From an uncultured Gammaproteobacteria bacterium (lineage in GTDB: Bacteria; Patescibacteriota; Patescibacteriia; Patescibacteriales; WJLG01), in the NCBI GenBank assembly GCA_964547855.1, contig CAZJPG010000002.1, positions 41,797-105,796 of the forward strand: DNA of 64,000 nucleotides, written 5' to 3'. Below, piece after piece: positions 49,404 to 58,784 of this stretch; the stretch's first letter is position 1; each line of letters opens with the position of its first letter. Below the pieces are notes generated by a model. That model worked only from the letters and a program-made list of their open reading frames with translations, was not told the origin of the DNA and did no database searches. The translations under genes were made by a program, and so were the position numbers.

Positions 49404-50804
49404 TTGAACAACGATATGTCTAAAAATAAATTAAAAAGAAAAGATTCCGATAACGATGGTCTTTCTGATTGGGAGGAGATCAATATTTATGGTACCGACC
49501 CTTATGATAGCGATACCGACGATGATGGCATGGAAGACGGGGAAGAGGTGTTTTTAGGCAGAAACCCTAATGGCATCGGCACTCTAAGGGATCTTTTTAT
49601 TCCGTGTAAACAGAATGGTTATTCTCCGAAATCTTTGCACCCCAAGAGGTTGGCCTTTCATGCCTTCTCGGCTTTAGCTGTAAAGGCGATAATGATATTA
49701 TTCGTAGTTTCTTATCCTTTTACGGCTTGGCTGACTCCAGATATTGCCGTCGAGCAAAGTCGTAAGATAATATCTCTGACCAACGATCTTAGATCGGGTT
49801 TGTCTTTGTCGTCATTGACTGAAGATCAGAAGCTCGATCAGGCAGCCTATGCCAAGATCAAGGATATGTTCTTGTCGCAATATTTTGCTCACACCAACCC
49901 TTCCGGGAATGGACTGGATTTCTTTTTGGGTAAGGCTGGTTATGAATATTCCGTAGCCGGAGAGAATTTAGCCATGGGTTATTCGGACGCTAATGACGTT
50001 TTGAAGGCCTGGGAAGAGAGCCCATCGCATTACTCTAACTTAGTCGATAAGTATTTTACCAACATCGGAGTCGGTATGGCCGATGATATCTTCAATGGCA
50101 AAGAAACGGTTTTTATAGCCCAGTATTTTGGTCGGCCGACCAATGTTGCGGTCGCGCCGGTAAAGGACGTCGAACCAGTAAAAAAAGAAGTTAGCGTCGC
50201 CACTGTCTCTAAGACAGCTCCTGGAGCCGTTCTGGCCGCCGAGAGCGCGTCCAATGAGCAAATATTATCAGAACAGCCAACCCAGACACGACCGATTCCA
50301 GAAGCCAAAATAGAGGCTAAGGCCAAAATAGACCAGCCAGTCGGCAAGAAAGAAAGCGTGGTCAAAGTCGAGGCGGTCTTGCCGCCTGAGACTAAGGAGG
50401 CTACGGCCGTCATATCCAACAACCCCATAGACTTACAAAAAGTCGATGGTGAAAAATGGCAGGGGAGCGATATAGTCTATGATCTTGGGGAAAGACCAGA
50501 GGCCCCGGCAGTTTTATCTATAATATCCAAAGACGGAACCAAACAATTCTCCGACATTAAGGTTAGTGGATTAGTCGTTGGCAAGACATCACTTAAGCAG
50601 CAATATTCTCTTCTAATGGACAACCCTAATAAGGCGATAAAGACGGTGAAGAATCTTAGCTATATATATTTCAACTTGATCCTTTTGTTGGCTGCAGTAT
50701 CTTTGCTTTTGAATATATTGATAGAGATAAGAAAACAGCGCCCTCATCTAATAGCCTCCGGCGTTGGGTTCATCTTTTTGATCGTAACTTTAATGGCCTT
50801 ATAA
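49404..50804 (+). CDS. CAP/SCP-domain protein with an N-terminal TSP3-like Asp-rich motif and a C-terminal TM anchor
   Basis: DSDNDGLSDWEE...DSDTDDDGMEDGEE. CAP signatures YFAHTNPSGNG...GENLAMGY...WEESPSHYSNLV...NIGVGMA. C-terminal TM helices. Confidence 0.6.
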   Translation: MNNDMSKNKLKRKDSDNDGLSDWEEINIYGTDPYDSDTDDDGMEDGEEVFLGRNPNGIGTLRDLFIPCKQNGYSPKSLHPKRLAFHAFSALAVKAIMILFVVSYPFTAWLTPDIAVEQSRKIISLTNDLRSGLSLSSLTEDQKLDQAAYAKIKDMFLSQYFAHTNPSGNGLDFFLGKAGYEYSVAGENLAMGYSDANDVLKAWEESPSHYSNLVDKYFTNIGVGMADDIFNGKETVFIAQYFGRPTNVAVAPVKDVEPVKKEVSVATVSKTAPGAVLAAESASNEQILSEQPTQTRPIPEAKIEAKAKIDQPVGKKESVVKVEAVLPPETKEATAVISNNPIDLQKVDGEKWQGSDIVYDLGERPEAPAVLSIISKDGTKQFSDIKVSGLVVGKTSLKQQYSLLMDNPNKAIKTVKNLSYIYFNLILLLAAVSLLLNILIEIRKQRPHLIASGVGFIFLIVTLMAL

Positions 50805-50823
50805 GCCTTTTAAAAAAAATAAT

Positions 50824-51192
50824 ATGAACATGGAAACATTGGCTGAAATGCCGGTCGTCGAAAACTCTTCCAACGAAGGGGAGGGTTATGAGGCTAAGAT
50901 CGCGAAACTCAAAGATTTTGAGATTAGCGGCGACATCGTCAATGATTATAATTCTTTGATGCTTATAGCCGACAAGAGCGGCGACAGTGTCATTTCTTTT
51001 CAGGCGGCCGAAGATGTTTTTAATCTTTTGACCGACAGAAAACAGGAATGGGATAAACAGATCAAAGAGTTGCAAAGCGGAGATAATTTCGAGTCGCCAG
51101 AAGTAGAGGTTTTGCTTTTACAGCTTGAGACCGCTAAAAGCCTGGTCGATCACTATTTAGACGTTCTCTATCCGCAAGACAATTCAAAATAA
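50824..51192 (+). CDS. Hypothetical acidic cytoplasmic protein (122 aa)
   Basis: The ORF follows the previous gene with a 19-nt gap. There is no recognisable motif. Confidence 0.4.
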   Translation: MNMETLAEMPVVENSSNEGEGYEAKIAKLKDFEISGDIVNDYNSLMLIADKSGDSVISFQAAEDVFNLLTDRKQEWDKQIKELQSGDNFESPEVEVLLLQLETAKSLVDHYLDVLYPQDNSK

Positions 51193-51311
51193 GCTAAAAC
51201 AAGATATTGAAAAATAGGCTTTCCGCAAGGGAGGCCTATTTTTTTGATAAGTATAAAAATAAAAAAGAGTCCAATATGCTTGGACCCTCTTTGATGAATG
51301 AACTTTATTCT

Positions 51312-51581
51312 TTATGCCGCCAACCTTTTGGTCAGCGAGGATTTTCTGCTGCCACTGTTCTTGGGAAGATTTTCTCTTCCCCATAAAGTGATCAGTTTGG
51401 CGCTGGGCGGTGCCGGGAAGTTGCCACTCATATCGTATTCCAGTACCGGACCGGTCAATGATTCGGCAAGTTCTTTATAGAAGTTGTAGAAACGGCTGAA
51501 TTTCCGAACACGCCTCACAAAAACATACTTTACTTTTTTTACCGTCTTTTTCTTTCCGGTAAGATCATCAAGTTTGAACAC
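51312..51581 (-). CDS. Hypothetical small basic protein (89 aa)
   Basis: Downstream of 51628..52530 on the minus strand in a GC-richer patch, followed by a hairpin and T-run at 51250..51290. No recognisable motif. Confidence 0.35.
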   Translation of the reverse strand: MFKLDDLTGKKKTVKKVKYVFVRRVRKFSRFYNFYKELAESLTGPVLEYDMSGNFPAPPSAKLITLWGRENLPKNSGSRKSSLTKRLAA

Positions 51582-51627
51582 GTAATAGCTCCTCTCTGGG
51601 GATGTGATGTTTGAAATTAGCCAGCGG

Positions 51628-52530
51628 CTAAGTCTCGGCCTCTAATGCTTGTTTTGCGGATTTTTTGTTCCATATTTTCGCATCGATCGAAAGATTTATG
51701 AATAATCCGAGGATCATTGATGCCAGGCAACAGCAGAAGAATATCATGCCTTGCTCGAAATCGAGTATTTTCCAGACACAAACCGTCGGAAAAAGGACGG
51801 CAAAAAAGAAATAGAATGGATTTTGCCAGCACAGCATCGCATGGATAAACGCTGCGAATAAAGCTAGTAATCCTATTGTTAATCCGTATTTTCCGTCATC
51901 TTTGACCGTAATTAAAAAGATTAGCGTTAAGATGATGGTGACGGCCGAACTTATCGCCATTTTGATGTCTATTGCGCCCGGTTCAAGTTTGAACATTTTT
52001 TTCTTCATATTTCCAAAGTGCATCTCTTTTATGCTCCAGGAACTGAAAAAAAGAAAAGGCAGTCCAAAAAGAATGACGATGAAAACCACCACTAATTTTG
52101 CAAAACCATCCAAGGTCGATCTATCCTCCGTTCTTTGTTTGTTAGATGATTCCAACCATTGGCCGCCGGCGAAGCTTACTGAATCGTATTTGATGATTCT
52201 ATCGGCTTTGAGGTTAAAGATTTTTCCGCTTATACCAAGGTATAGAAGATGGTCTTTGTATTTCAGTTTCTTTTTAGCGAAGAATGATGCCAATAATTTT
52301 TCTTTAGGGACATTGTTCGGCATATTTTTCGAATAGCCGTAGACCTTCCTCGTTTCGATGAGATTTCCATTCGATTCAACTACCGATTCCGGAGCGGAGG
52401 AGCAGATCGCGAAAATGTCATTGATTGGCCTGATGTCATATAGCGAAGATAAAGAATCTTCGTTGGTATCGGCGCTTATCGATGCGCCGCCTAAGAACGT
52501 GAGAAAGACAATAATGAGGAGTTTTGGCAC
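51628..52530 (-). CDS. Hypothetical membrane protein with a signal peptide, a ~150-aa exported domain, and four C-terminal TM helices
   Basis: MPKLLIIVFLTFLGGASISA signal, and hydrophobic helices in the C-terminal half. Confidence 0.5.
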   Translation of the reverse strand: MPKLLIIVFLTFLGGASISADTNEDSLSSLYDIRPINDIFAICSSAPESVVESNGNLIETRKVYGYSKNMPNNVPKEKLLASFFAKKKLKYKDHLLYLGISGKIFNLKADRIIKYDSVSFAGGQWLESSNKQRTEDRSTLDGFAKLVVVFIVILFGLPFLFFSSWSIKEMHFGNMKKKMFKLEPGAIDIKMAISSAVTIILTLIFLITVKDDGKYGLTIGLLALFAAFIHAMLCWQNPFYFFFAVLFPTVCVWKILDFEQGMIFFCCCLASMILGLFINLSIDAKIWNKKSAKQALEAET

Positions 52531-52877
52531 AAAGCCTCCTTTGTTGATGTTTTGTAATGTACCGTTTGTTTTTTATCATAAAACATCAAAATTGTCAATA
52601 GTATTAGCTGTTTTTCGAGAGTATTCCTTACCTATTGACATATTTTGTATTTTATGCTATTATATAATCATAGAACAAAAAGTTCTTGTGACAAAAACCC
52701 TTGAGATAGTTCTCGATACAAAAAAGAGAATAAACTCAAGGGTTTTTCTTTTTTAAAAAACCGTTATAAACCCCAAAAAAGCCGACAAAACACCGTCCGG
52801 GCTTTTTTATTTTGGATAATGGCGGGCGTCGATATTTTTTGCTAGAATATATAAACATAATTTAAAGCATTTATTGT

Positions 52878-53879
52878 ATGAAAATTTTAGTCACCGGCGG
52901 AGCCGGATATATAGGAAGTACGGTCTCAAGCGCACTGATCGACGCTGGGCATGAGCCGGTAATTCTAGACTCTTTGGTGAATGGCCGAGAAGAGTTCGTA
53001 AAAGATAGGATCTTTTATAAGGGAGACATCGCCGATCGCGGTGTCTTGGGATTGATAATGAAAGAACACCCGGAAATAGACACTCTCATTCATTTCGCGG
53101 CTTTGATAGTCGTTCCTGAGTCGGAATCGGATCCTTATGGCTATTACAAGAATAATGTCTCAGCTTCTTTGGAGCTGTTCAAGAATTTTTCCGACCTGGG
53201 AGGTAAAAAGATAATTTTCAGTTCTTCGGCCTCTGTCTATGGCAATCCGGAAAAACAGGAAGTCGCCGAAGACAGTCAGTTATCACCGGAAAGTCCTTAT
53301 GCTAGGACTAAGTATATGATGGAGATGGTCTTGTCCGATCTTTGTCGCGCTTATGACATGCAAGGCATCGCCCTTAGGTATTTTAATCCGATCGGGGCCG
53401 ACCCAAAGATGCGCACTGGCGCCTATGTCAGTAACCCAAGCCATGTCTTAGGTAGACTTATCTCGGCCGCTTTGAACGAGGGAGAGGTCTTTAAGATAAC
53501 TGGGACCGATTGGCCGACACGCGATGGCTCTGGCATTCGCGACTATATTCATGTTTGGGATTTGGCCCAGGCTCATGTAAAGGCGCTATTGAATTTTGAC
53601 AAGGCCTTTGATAAAACAGAAGATAAAGATTACTTAGCAATAAATCTTGGAACAGGCAAAGGGGTGACCGTTAAAGAGTTGGTTGCGGCCTTTGAGAAAG
53701 TGTTCGGTAAAGAGGTTCACAAAGAAGACGCGCCTAGCCGTCCAGGAGACGTGGCCGGAGCTTATGCTAGTTGTGACAGAGCAAAGGAATTTATCGATTG
53801 GAAAGCGGAATTGTCCATCGAACAGGCCATCGCCGACGCTTTGAAATGGGAGGAAGCCAAAAAACAAATATTTAAATAA
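52878..53879 (+). CDS. galE: UDP-glucose 4-epimerase
   Basis: MKILVTGGAGYIGS Rossmann motif, YxxxK in YARTKYMME, and a 333-aa length. Confidence 0.9.
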   Translation: MKILVTGGAGYIGSTVSSALIDAGHEPVILDSLVNGREEFVKDRIFYKGDIADRGVLGLIMKEHPEIDTLIHFAALIVVPESESDPYGYYKNNVSASLELFKNFSDLGGKKIIFSSSASVYGNPEKQEVAEDSQLSPESPYARTKYMMEMVLSDLCRAYDMQGIALRYFNPIGADPKMRTGAYVSNPSHVLGRLISAALNEGEVFKITGTDWPTRDGSGIRDYIHVWDLAQAHVKALLNFDKAFDKTEDKDYLAINLGTGKGVTVKELVAAFEKVFGKEVHKEDAPSRPGDVAGAYASCDRAKEFIDWKAELSIEQAIADALKWEEAKKQIFK

Positions 53880-53902
53880 TCTATCAATAATATAAAATAG
53901 CT

Positions 53903-55030
53903 ATGATAGACGCACGAAAAACAATATTATTTTCTTCAAGTTTTTTTCTGATAGCCGTTATATTCTTTGCGGCCAAATCTTATGTATATGAGGCCGAGGC
54001 TGATTTTACCGACCCAGATGCCTTTGAGATGACTAACCCGACCGAAAGCTGCACTTCTTGCGGTGAGGTATCGCTTAATCTCTCCATTCCTTCTACCAGT
54101 TCTGGGGATGATGGTGGTAGTTCTGGCTCAGGAGACGATGGTGGCGGCAGTTCTGGAGGCACTAGCGGCGGTAGCAGTGGTGGAAGTTCTGGCGGCAGTA
54201 GCGGTGGAAGCAGTGGTGGTAGTTCTGGCGGCAGTAGCGGTGGAAGCAGCGGTGGTAGTTCTGGAGGTAGTAGTGGCGGAGGTGGAGGATTAGGGTCAGC
54301 TACGCCAATAGTCACTACCAAGGCGACCACCACTAAAGCAACCACTAGCCAGGAGACTTCCTTGGGCGAGGAAAATAAATTAGGACAAGAAGAAGTAAAA
54401 ACAGATGAGTCTTTAGCGGGACAAAAGACATCTGTCCCAGCGGTCAAAAGTTTGTTCGGATTAGATAAAGATTTAGTCGAGACCATAAGTTCTAGCGAGT
54501 CGAAGACCGTCTCTGGCCATTCGACAAGAGTGCAGTTTAGTGGGGTCAATGAAAAATTATATAATAAAATAGTCGCCAATCCTTCTTTGGTCGAAGAAAG
54601 CGTCAAGATAACCGTGGCCTATTTTATAGAGTTCGGGACCCCGACGACCTTAAGTCTTGGTTCTGGCGAAAGAGCCGGTGTGGTCAATTCTTATATATCC
54701 GCCTTTGGTCGAATACCAGGCGCTGATACCGACTGGCAAGACGTGGTCAAGATCGCCAATGGACGTTGGCCAGCGGAAAAGAGTGCTACAGCCGAATCCA
54801 AAGCGGCAGCGCAATTCAAGAAAATATATTTGAGAGCCGCTAATATGAATGACCCTCACGACAATGCGGCCGTCACGGTCATGGCTTACGGCTTGAGGCC
54901 GGCCAATAGGAATTTGAATAGCGAAAAGGCAGCCATTCTGTCATTCAAATATATATACAAAAAATATCCGAGTACGGCCGATGAGTGGGACGTCGTCAGG
55001 GCTATCGCTTATTCCGGCGCTAAAAGATAA
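53903..55030 (+). CDS. Secreted protein with a long Gly/Ser low-complexity linker, a Thr-rich stretch and a C-terminal globular domain
   Basis: N-terminal hydrophobic anchor or signal, then (GGSS)n and TTKATTTKATT. Confidence 0.55.
   Translation: MIDARKTILFSSSFFLIAVIFFAAKSYVYEAEADFTDPDAFEMTNPTESCTSCGEVSLNLSIPSTSSGDDGGSSGSGDDGGGSSGGTSGGSSGGSSGGSSGGSSGGSSGGSSGGSSGGSSGGSSGGGGGLGSATPIVTTKATTTKATTSQETSLGEENKLGQEEVKTDESLAGQKTSVPAVKSLFGLDKDLVETISSSESKTVSGHSTRVQFSGVNEKLYNKIVANPSLVEESVKITVAYFIEFGTPTTLSLGSGERAGVVNSYISAFGRIPGADTDWQDVVKIANGRWPAEKSATAESKAAAQFKKIYLRAANMNDPHDNAAVTVMAYGLRPANRNLNSEKAAILSFKYIYKKYPSTADEWDVVRAIAYSGAKR
54105..54285 (+). repeat. Coding tandem repeat (12/24-nt units ggtggtagttctggcggcagtagc...) encoding (SGGS)n
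   Basis: Near-identical 24-nt units are directly visible at 54170..54265. Confidence 0.7.
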
Positions 55031-55086
55031 AGTTTTCTCGATATAAAAATCCCGGCACCTATTTGGTGTCGGGATCGTTTTTTTGT

Positions 55087-56055
55087 TTAATCTGGATGAT
55101 CAGGAAAATTGTCCAGCGGAATGACGACGCGATTAGTGTAGTCCCAGTCTTCGAAAAGACTGTCGGCGCCGATCGTAACAACTCCGTTGTTGGCGATCAT
55201 CTTTGTGATGTCGGGTAAAAAAGACATGGGGATCATACCAGTGTCACATTGTGCATAGGCCCAGATCGAGGTACTGTCTCGTCTATTTTCCATAGCCACG
55301 TAGCCATACAACGCTCCGTTCTTGTAGAGCGTCGGAGTGGACAGGCTCGAGCCATAGCAACGTATGGAGTAAGTCGATTTTTCCGTCCACTTTCCTGTCG
55401 GCAATCCTCTTAGCTCGAAGAAGAATTTTATTCCATCCGATTCGAAGAATACCAAGTTCAGAGTGTCTCTCGAGCTCGTAGTCAGATCGACAGTGTCTAA
55501 GGCCGAAAATGATCGGTCATAGATATTAAAGCTCAATTGAACGAACGGCCAGGCCTGGATATGCCAGAAGCTGACTAGGACTTCATACTTGTAGCCCTTC
55601 GGCACTTTGACGACCGTTGTGGCACATTTGCCATCGACCACCGGGAAGTTGAAATCGAGCGTATCCTTGTTGTCTTCGTCCAAAGGGGCGAATTGCAAGG
55701 TAACGGCATTGATCACACTTATCCGATAATCTCGCAGGTCCTTCAATTTGTCGATACTGATGGCCGTCTTTCTTAGACCACCTTTGACCATTTCGATCTG
55801 ACCGTTGGAGATGTCTATCAAGAATTTGATCTCCGCCGAATCGACCGCTTTGGTCGTGTCGCCGAGAGTGTCGATGATTATTCTGGTCTTGATAGTGTCT
55901 TTGTATGGGTCGTTCTCGGTCCGGTTTTTGATGACATCATGGGTCACAGAATCTTTTGGTGAATATGAGGCCTCGTCACTGGAAACTGGATTAAAACGGC
56001 TGCAGTTTTGAAGACCTGTCAGTAAAAGAATCAACATTAACATCTTTTTAGCCAT
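55087..56055 (-). CDS. Secreted/lipoprotein family member, paralog 1
   Basis: Signal MAKKMLMLILLLTGLQNC. The central 690 nt are near-identical to paralog 2, and the C-terminal ~70 aa diverge. Confidence 0.6.
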   Translation of the reverse strand: MAKKMLMLILLLTGLQNCSRFNPVSSDEASYSPKDSVTHDVIKNRTENDPYKDTIKTRIIIDTLGDTTKAVDSAEIKFLIDISNGQIEMVKGGLRKTAISIDKLKDLRDYRISVINAVTLQFAPLDEDNKDTLDFNFPVVDGKCATTVVKVPKGYKYEVLVSFWHIQAWPFVQLSFNIYDRSFSALDTVDLTTSSRDTLNLVFFESDGIKFFFELRGLPTGKWTEKSTYSIRCYGSSLSTPTLYKNGALYGYVAMENRRDSTSIWAYAQCDTGMIPMSFLPDITKMIANNGVVTIGADSLFEDWDYTNRVVIPLDNFPDHPD

Positions 56056-56145
56056 GAGTGGCTCCTGTTCTTCGACGATATTCGATTAAATTGTTTGAAA
56101 GAACTGTAATTATTGATTTAATCATTTTTACGCCTCTTCTGTCAA

Positions 56146-56191
56146 ACGTCTTTTAAATAAAAATACCCAGCGCTTGTTAGCGTTGGGTATT
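56146..56191 (-). terminator. Terminator for paralog 2
   Basis: On the minus strand: aatacccaacgc, loop taacaa, gcgctgggtatt, then tttttatttaaaag. Confidence 0.5.
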
Positions 56192-56214
56192 AACAAAAAG
56201 AACATGCCTGTTAG

Positions 56215-57189
56215 TTAATTGGCTCTCTCGCGCCTGGGGGCGTCGTCTATGGATATATCTTCATGGTTAGTATAATCTTTCCCCGCAAAAATGCTATCAG
56301 GATTGATCGTTACTATGCCGTTATTACCTATCATCTTTGTGATGTCCGGCAAAATAGAGACAATAACTGTTCCGGTGTCACATTCCAGATACATCCATAT
56401 AGAACTGCTGTCTTTCCGGTTTTGCATGGCGAAGTATCCGAACAACGATCCATTTTTGTAAAGCGTTGGCGTCGCTAGCGTAGAGTAATAACCTCGAGCC
56501 GAATACTCCGAGCCTTCCGTCCACTTTCCTGTCGGTAATCCTCTTAGCTCGAAGAAGAATTTTATTCCATCCGATTCGAAGAATACCAAGTTCAGAGTGT
56601 CTCTCGAGCTCGTAGTCAGATCGACAGTGTCTAAGGCCGAAAATGATCGGTCATAGATATTAAAGCTCAATTGAACGAACGGCCAGGCCTGGATATGCCA
56701 GAAGCTGACTAGGACTTCATACTTATAGCCCTTCGGCACTTTGACGACCGTCGTGGCGCATTTGCCATCGACCACTGGGAAGTTGAAATCGAGCGTATCC
56801 TTGTTGTCTTCGTCCAAGGGGGCGAATTGCAAGGTGACGGCATTGATCACACTTATCCGATAATCTCGCAGATCCTTCAACTTGTCGATACTGATGGCTG
56901 TCTTCCTTAGACCACCTTTGACCATTTCGATCTGACCATTGGAGATGTCTATCAAGAATTTGATCTCCGCCGAATCGACCGCTTTGGTCGTATCACCGAG
57001 AGTGTCGATGATTATTCTGGTTTTAATAGTGTCTTTGTACGGGTCGTTCTCGGTCCGGTTTTTGATGACGTCATGAGTTACGGAATCTTGAGGGGAGTAT
57101 GGAACATCTTCGCTTGAGACTGGGTTGAAACGGCTGCAGTTTTGAAGACCTACCAGCAAAAAAATCAACATTAACATCTTTTTAGCCAT
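56215..57189 (-). CDS. Secreted/lipoprotein family member, paralog 2 (tandem duplicate)
   Basis: I start at the internal Met MAKKMLMLIFLLVGLQNC, which has the same AGGAG RBS context (gaacaggagccactcATG) as paralog 1. Confidence 0.6.
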   Translation of the reverse strand: MAKKMLMLIFLLVGLQNCSRFNPVSSEDVPYSPQDSVTHDVIKNRTENDPYKDTIKTRIIIDTLGDTTKAVDSAEIKFLIDISNGQIEMVKGGLRKTAISIDKLKDLRDYRISVINAVTLQFAPLDEDNKDTLDFNFPVVDGKCATTVVKVPKGYKYEVLVSFWHIQAWPFVQLSFNIYDRSFSALDTVDLTTSSRDTLNLVFFESDGIKFFFELRGLPTGKWTEGSEYSARGYYSTLATPTLYKNGSLFGYFAMQNRKDSSSIWMYLECDTGTVIVSILPDITKMIGNNGIVTINPDSIFAGKDYTNHEDISIDDAPRRERAN

Positions 57190-57408
57190 GAGTGGCTCCT
57201 GTTCTATATTGCATTGGTTTGTGTGTCTTTGGTTTAAAAGGGCGATAGTTGTTAATTTAATCATTTTACCGTATTTGTGTCAATTATCTTTGACAAAAAA
57301 GGTCAATAATGCTTAACTTAATTATTGCAGGACAGCAGTTTTGCAATGGCACATTTCAAATAAAATATAGACTATTAAAGAACATAAAACTATTCCAAAG
57401 GAGCTATA

Positions 57409-58629
57409 ATGTCCAGATTATTAACGTTACTGTCAGTGGTCTTTTGCCTGGGGCTTGCCATTAATTGCGCAAATCAAAATCCGAGTCCTACTGGACCAGG
57501 CGATGCCACCGAGAAGAAGGATGACCAGAAGACCGATCCCAACACCGCGAATAAATCCACGATAGATACTTTGATCATCGACGGAGATTCAAGCGATTTG
57601 GGCGATCTGTATTTCGAATTCGATTTCAGTGAGATGTTGGAGGAGCTTGGTGACACGAGCAAGACCTTGAAAAAAGCGCTTGCGAATAACCGCTCCGGTC
57701 AGTTGATCTACAAGATCAAGCATCTTTCCAGGTTCGATTTCACTGCCACTAATGCGGCCAATGCTTCAGTGAGCTCAAGCTATCCGATCGATTCGACCGG
57801 CAAATGTTCGGTCAATATCATAAAGATAGCTCGCGGCTCTGTGTATTACATTTATGCTGGTTTTTCCGGTGTAACGATGTGTCCTTGGTCTTTAAATGAT
57901 TCATCCTATAGCCTGTCCAATGAATATTTCTTCGCACGTGATACGGTCGATTTAAAAACCAAATCAAAAGATACTCTTAGATTGGTTTTGCGGGAGAATC
58001 ATAACACTAAGTACTTCGTAAGTATCGAGAAACCCGTCGGTAAATATACCGACGGAAAGAAGTATTCGGTCGTCGAGTCTTGGAATAAAGGCGCGGAAGT
58101 AAAGGCGCTCTATTCCGGCGGAAAGCTGAAGCACCGTATCTATTGCCAAAATAGCGATACACTAGCTCAATTCACTTTAAGCGATGACACAGGAAAAGTG
58201 ACTTTTCCTTTCTCCTTCGACATCAATACGGTCATCGACGACGATGTGATAGAGTGCTTGGCCAAGGGCGGCAGTAGCAATAATGACGACACTATTGGAG
58301 GAGTCTTTGTCAGTGATATCCAGTTCGAATATCAAATACCGTTAAAGACGACCAAGATAGAGCCCAAGGATGGTGGCATCGCCATGTATTTTAATCGCAT
58401 TGGAAGGATGTATGTCGGAAGTTCTACTTTATTCAGGGTCGAACTTGGCAGAGACACTACCAATCTTGTGAAGAAAGCCGATATCAAAGAGCTTGACGGC
58501 TGTATTCATTGGAAGCCGGCCAGTGCCCTGAAAGCCGGGTCTTATTCATTGAAGGCTCAAAAATTCCTCGATGAATATGGTAATGAATCACCACTGGTTC
58601 AGGATACATTGGTTTTGAGTGGTCTTTGA
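57409..58629 (+). CDS. Lipoprotein, divergent paralog 3 of the same family
   Basis: Signal MSRLLTLLSVVFCLGLAINC. A shared central block DTVDLKTKSKDTLRLV matches DTVDLTTSSRDTLNLV in paralogs 1 and 2. Confidence 0.55.
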   Translation: MSRLLTLLSVVFCLGLAINCANQNPSPTGPGDATEKKDDQKTDPNTANKSTIDTLIIDGDSSDLGDLYFEFDFSEMLEELGDTSKTLKKALANNRSGQLIYKIKHLSRFDFTATNAANASVSSSYPIDSTGKCSVNIIKIARGSVYYIYAGFSGVTMCPWSLNDSSYSLSNEYFFARDTVDLKTKSKDTLRLVLRENHNTKYFVSIEKPVGKYTDGKKYSVVESWNKGAEVKALYSGGKLKHRIYCQNSDTLAQFTLSDDTGKVTFPFSFDINTVIDDDVIECLAKGGSSNNDDTIGGVFVSDIQFEYQIPLKTTKIEPKDGGIAMYFNRIGRMYVGSSTLFRVELGRDTTNLVKKADIKELDGCIHWKPASALKAGSYSLKAQKFLDEYGNESPLVQDTLVLSGL

Positions 58630-58640
58630 TAGTTTTTAAG

Positions 58641-58684
58641 GCCCGGAGCGCGATAAATATCGCGTCATCCGGGTTTTTATTTTA
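58641..58684 (+). terminator. Rho-independent terminator
   Basis: cccgga, then gcgcgat-aaat-atcgcg, then tccggg, then tttttatttt. Confidence 0.6.
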
Positions 58685-58784
58685 TATTGACAAAATTAAT
58701 AAATGGTTGTAATTTTTATAGTTAATCGTTCTTTCAAAAATAGTTAACATTTTTCGAAGATAAAACCAAAATACCGAGGGGAAA

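Noticed and set aside
52358-52756. 132-aa plus-strand ORF in the gap between the minus-strand membrane-protein gene and galE
   Set aside because: It overlaps the 5' end and promoter region of the 51628..52530 gene, has no RBS, has an AT-rich low-complexity translation, and the region is better explained as a divergent promoter spacer.
54105-54285. CRISPR-like periodic repeats
   Set aside because: The 12/24-nt units are contiguous with no spacers and are in-frame coding for (SGGS)n. No repeat-spacer array or cas genes occur anywhere in the window.
53980-54606. 208-aa minus-strand ORF (PPLLPP repeats) and the 54063..54293 plus ORF across the Gly/Ser tandem repeat
   Set aside because: They are reading-frame artefacts of the (ggtggtagttct)n coding repeat. 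The plus-strand 53903..55030 frame carries the signal peptide and continues into a globular domain.
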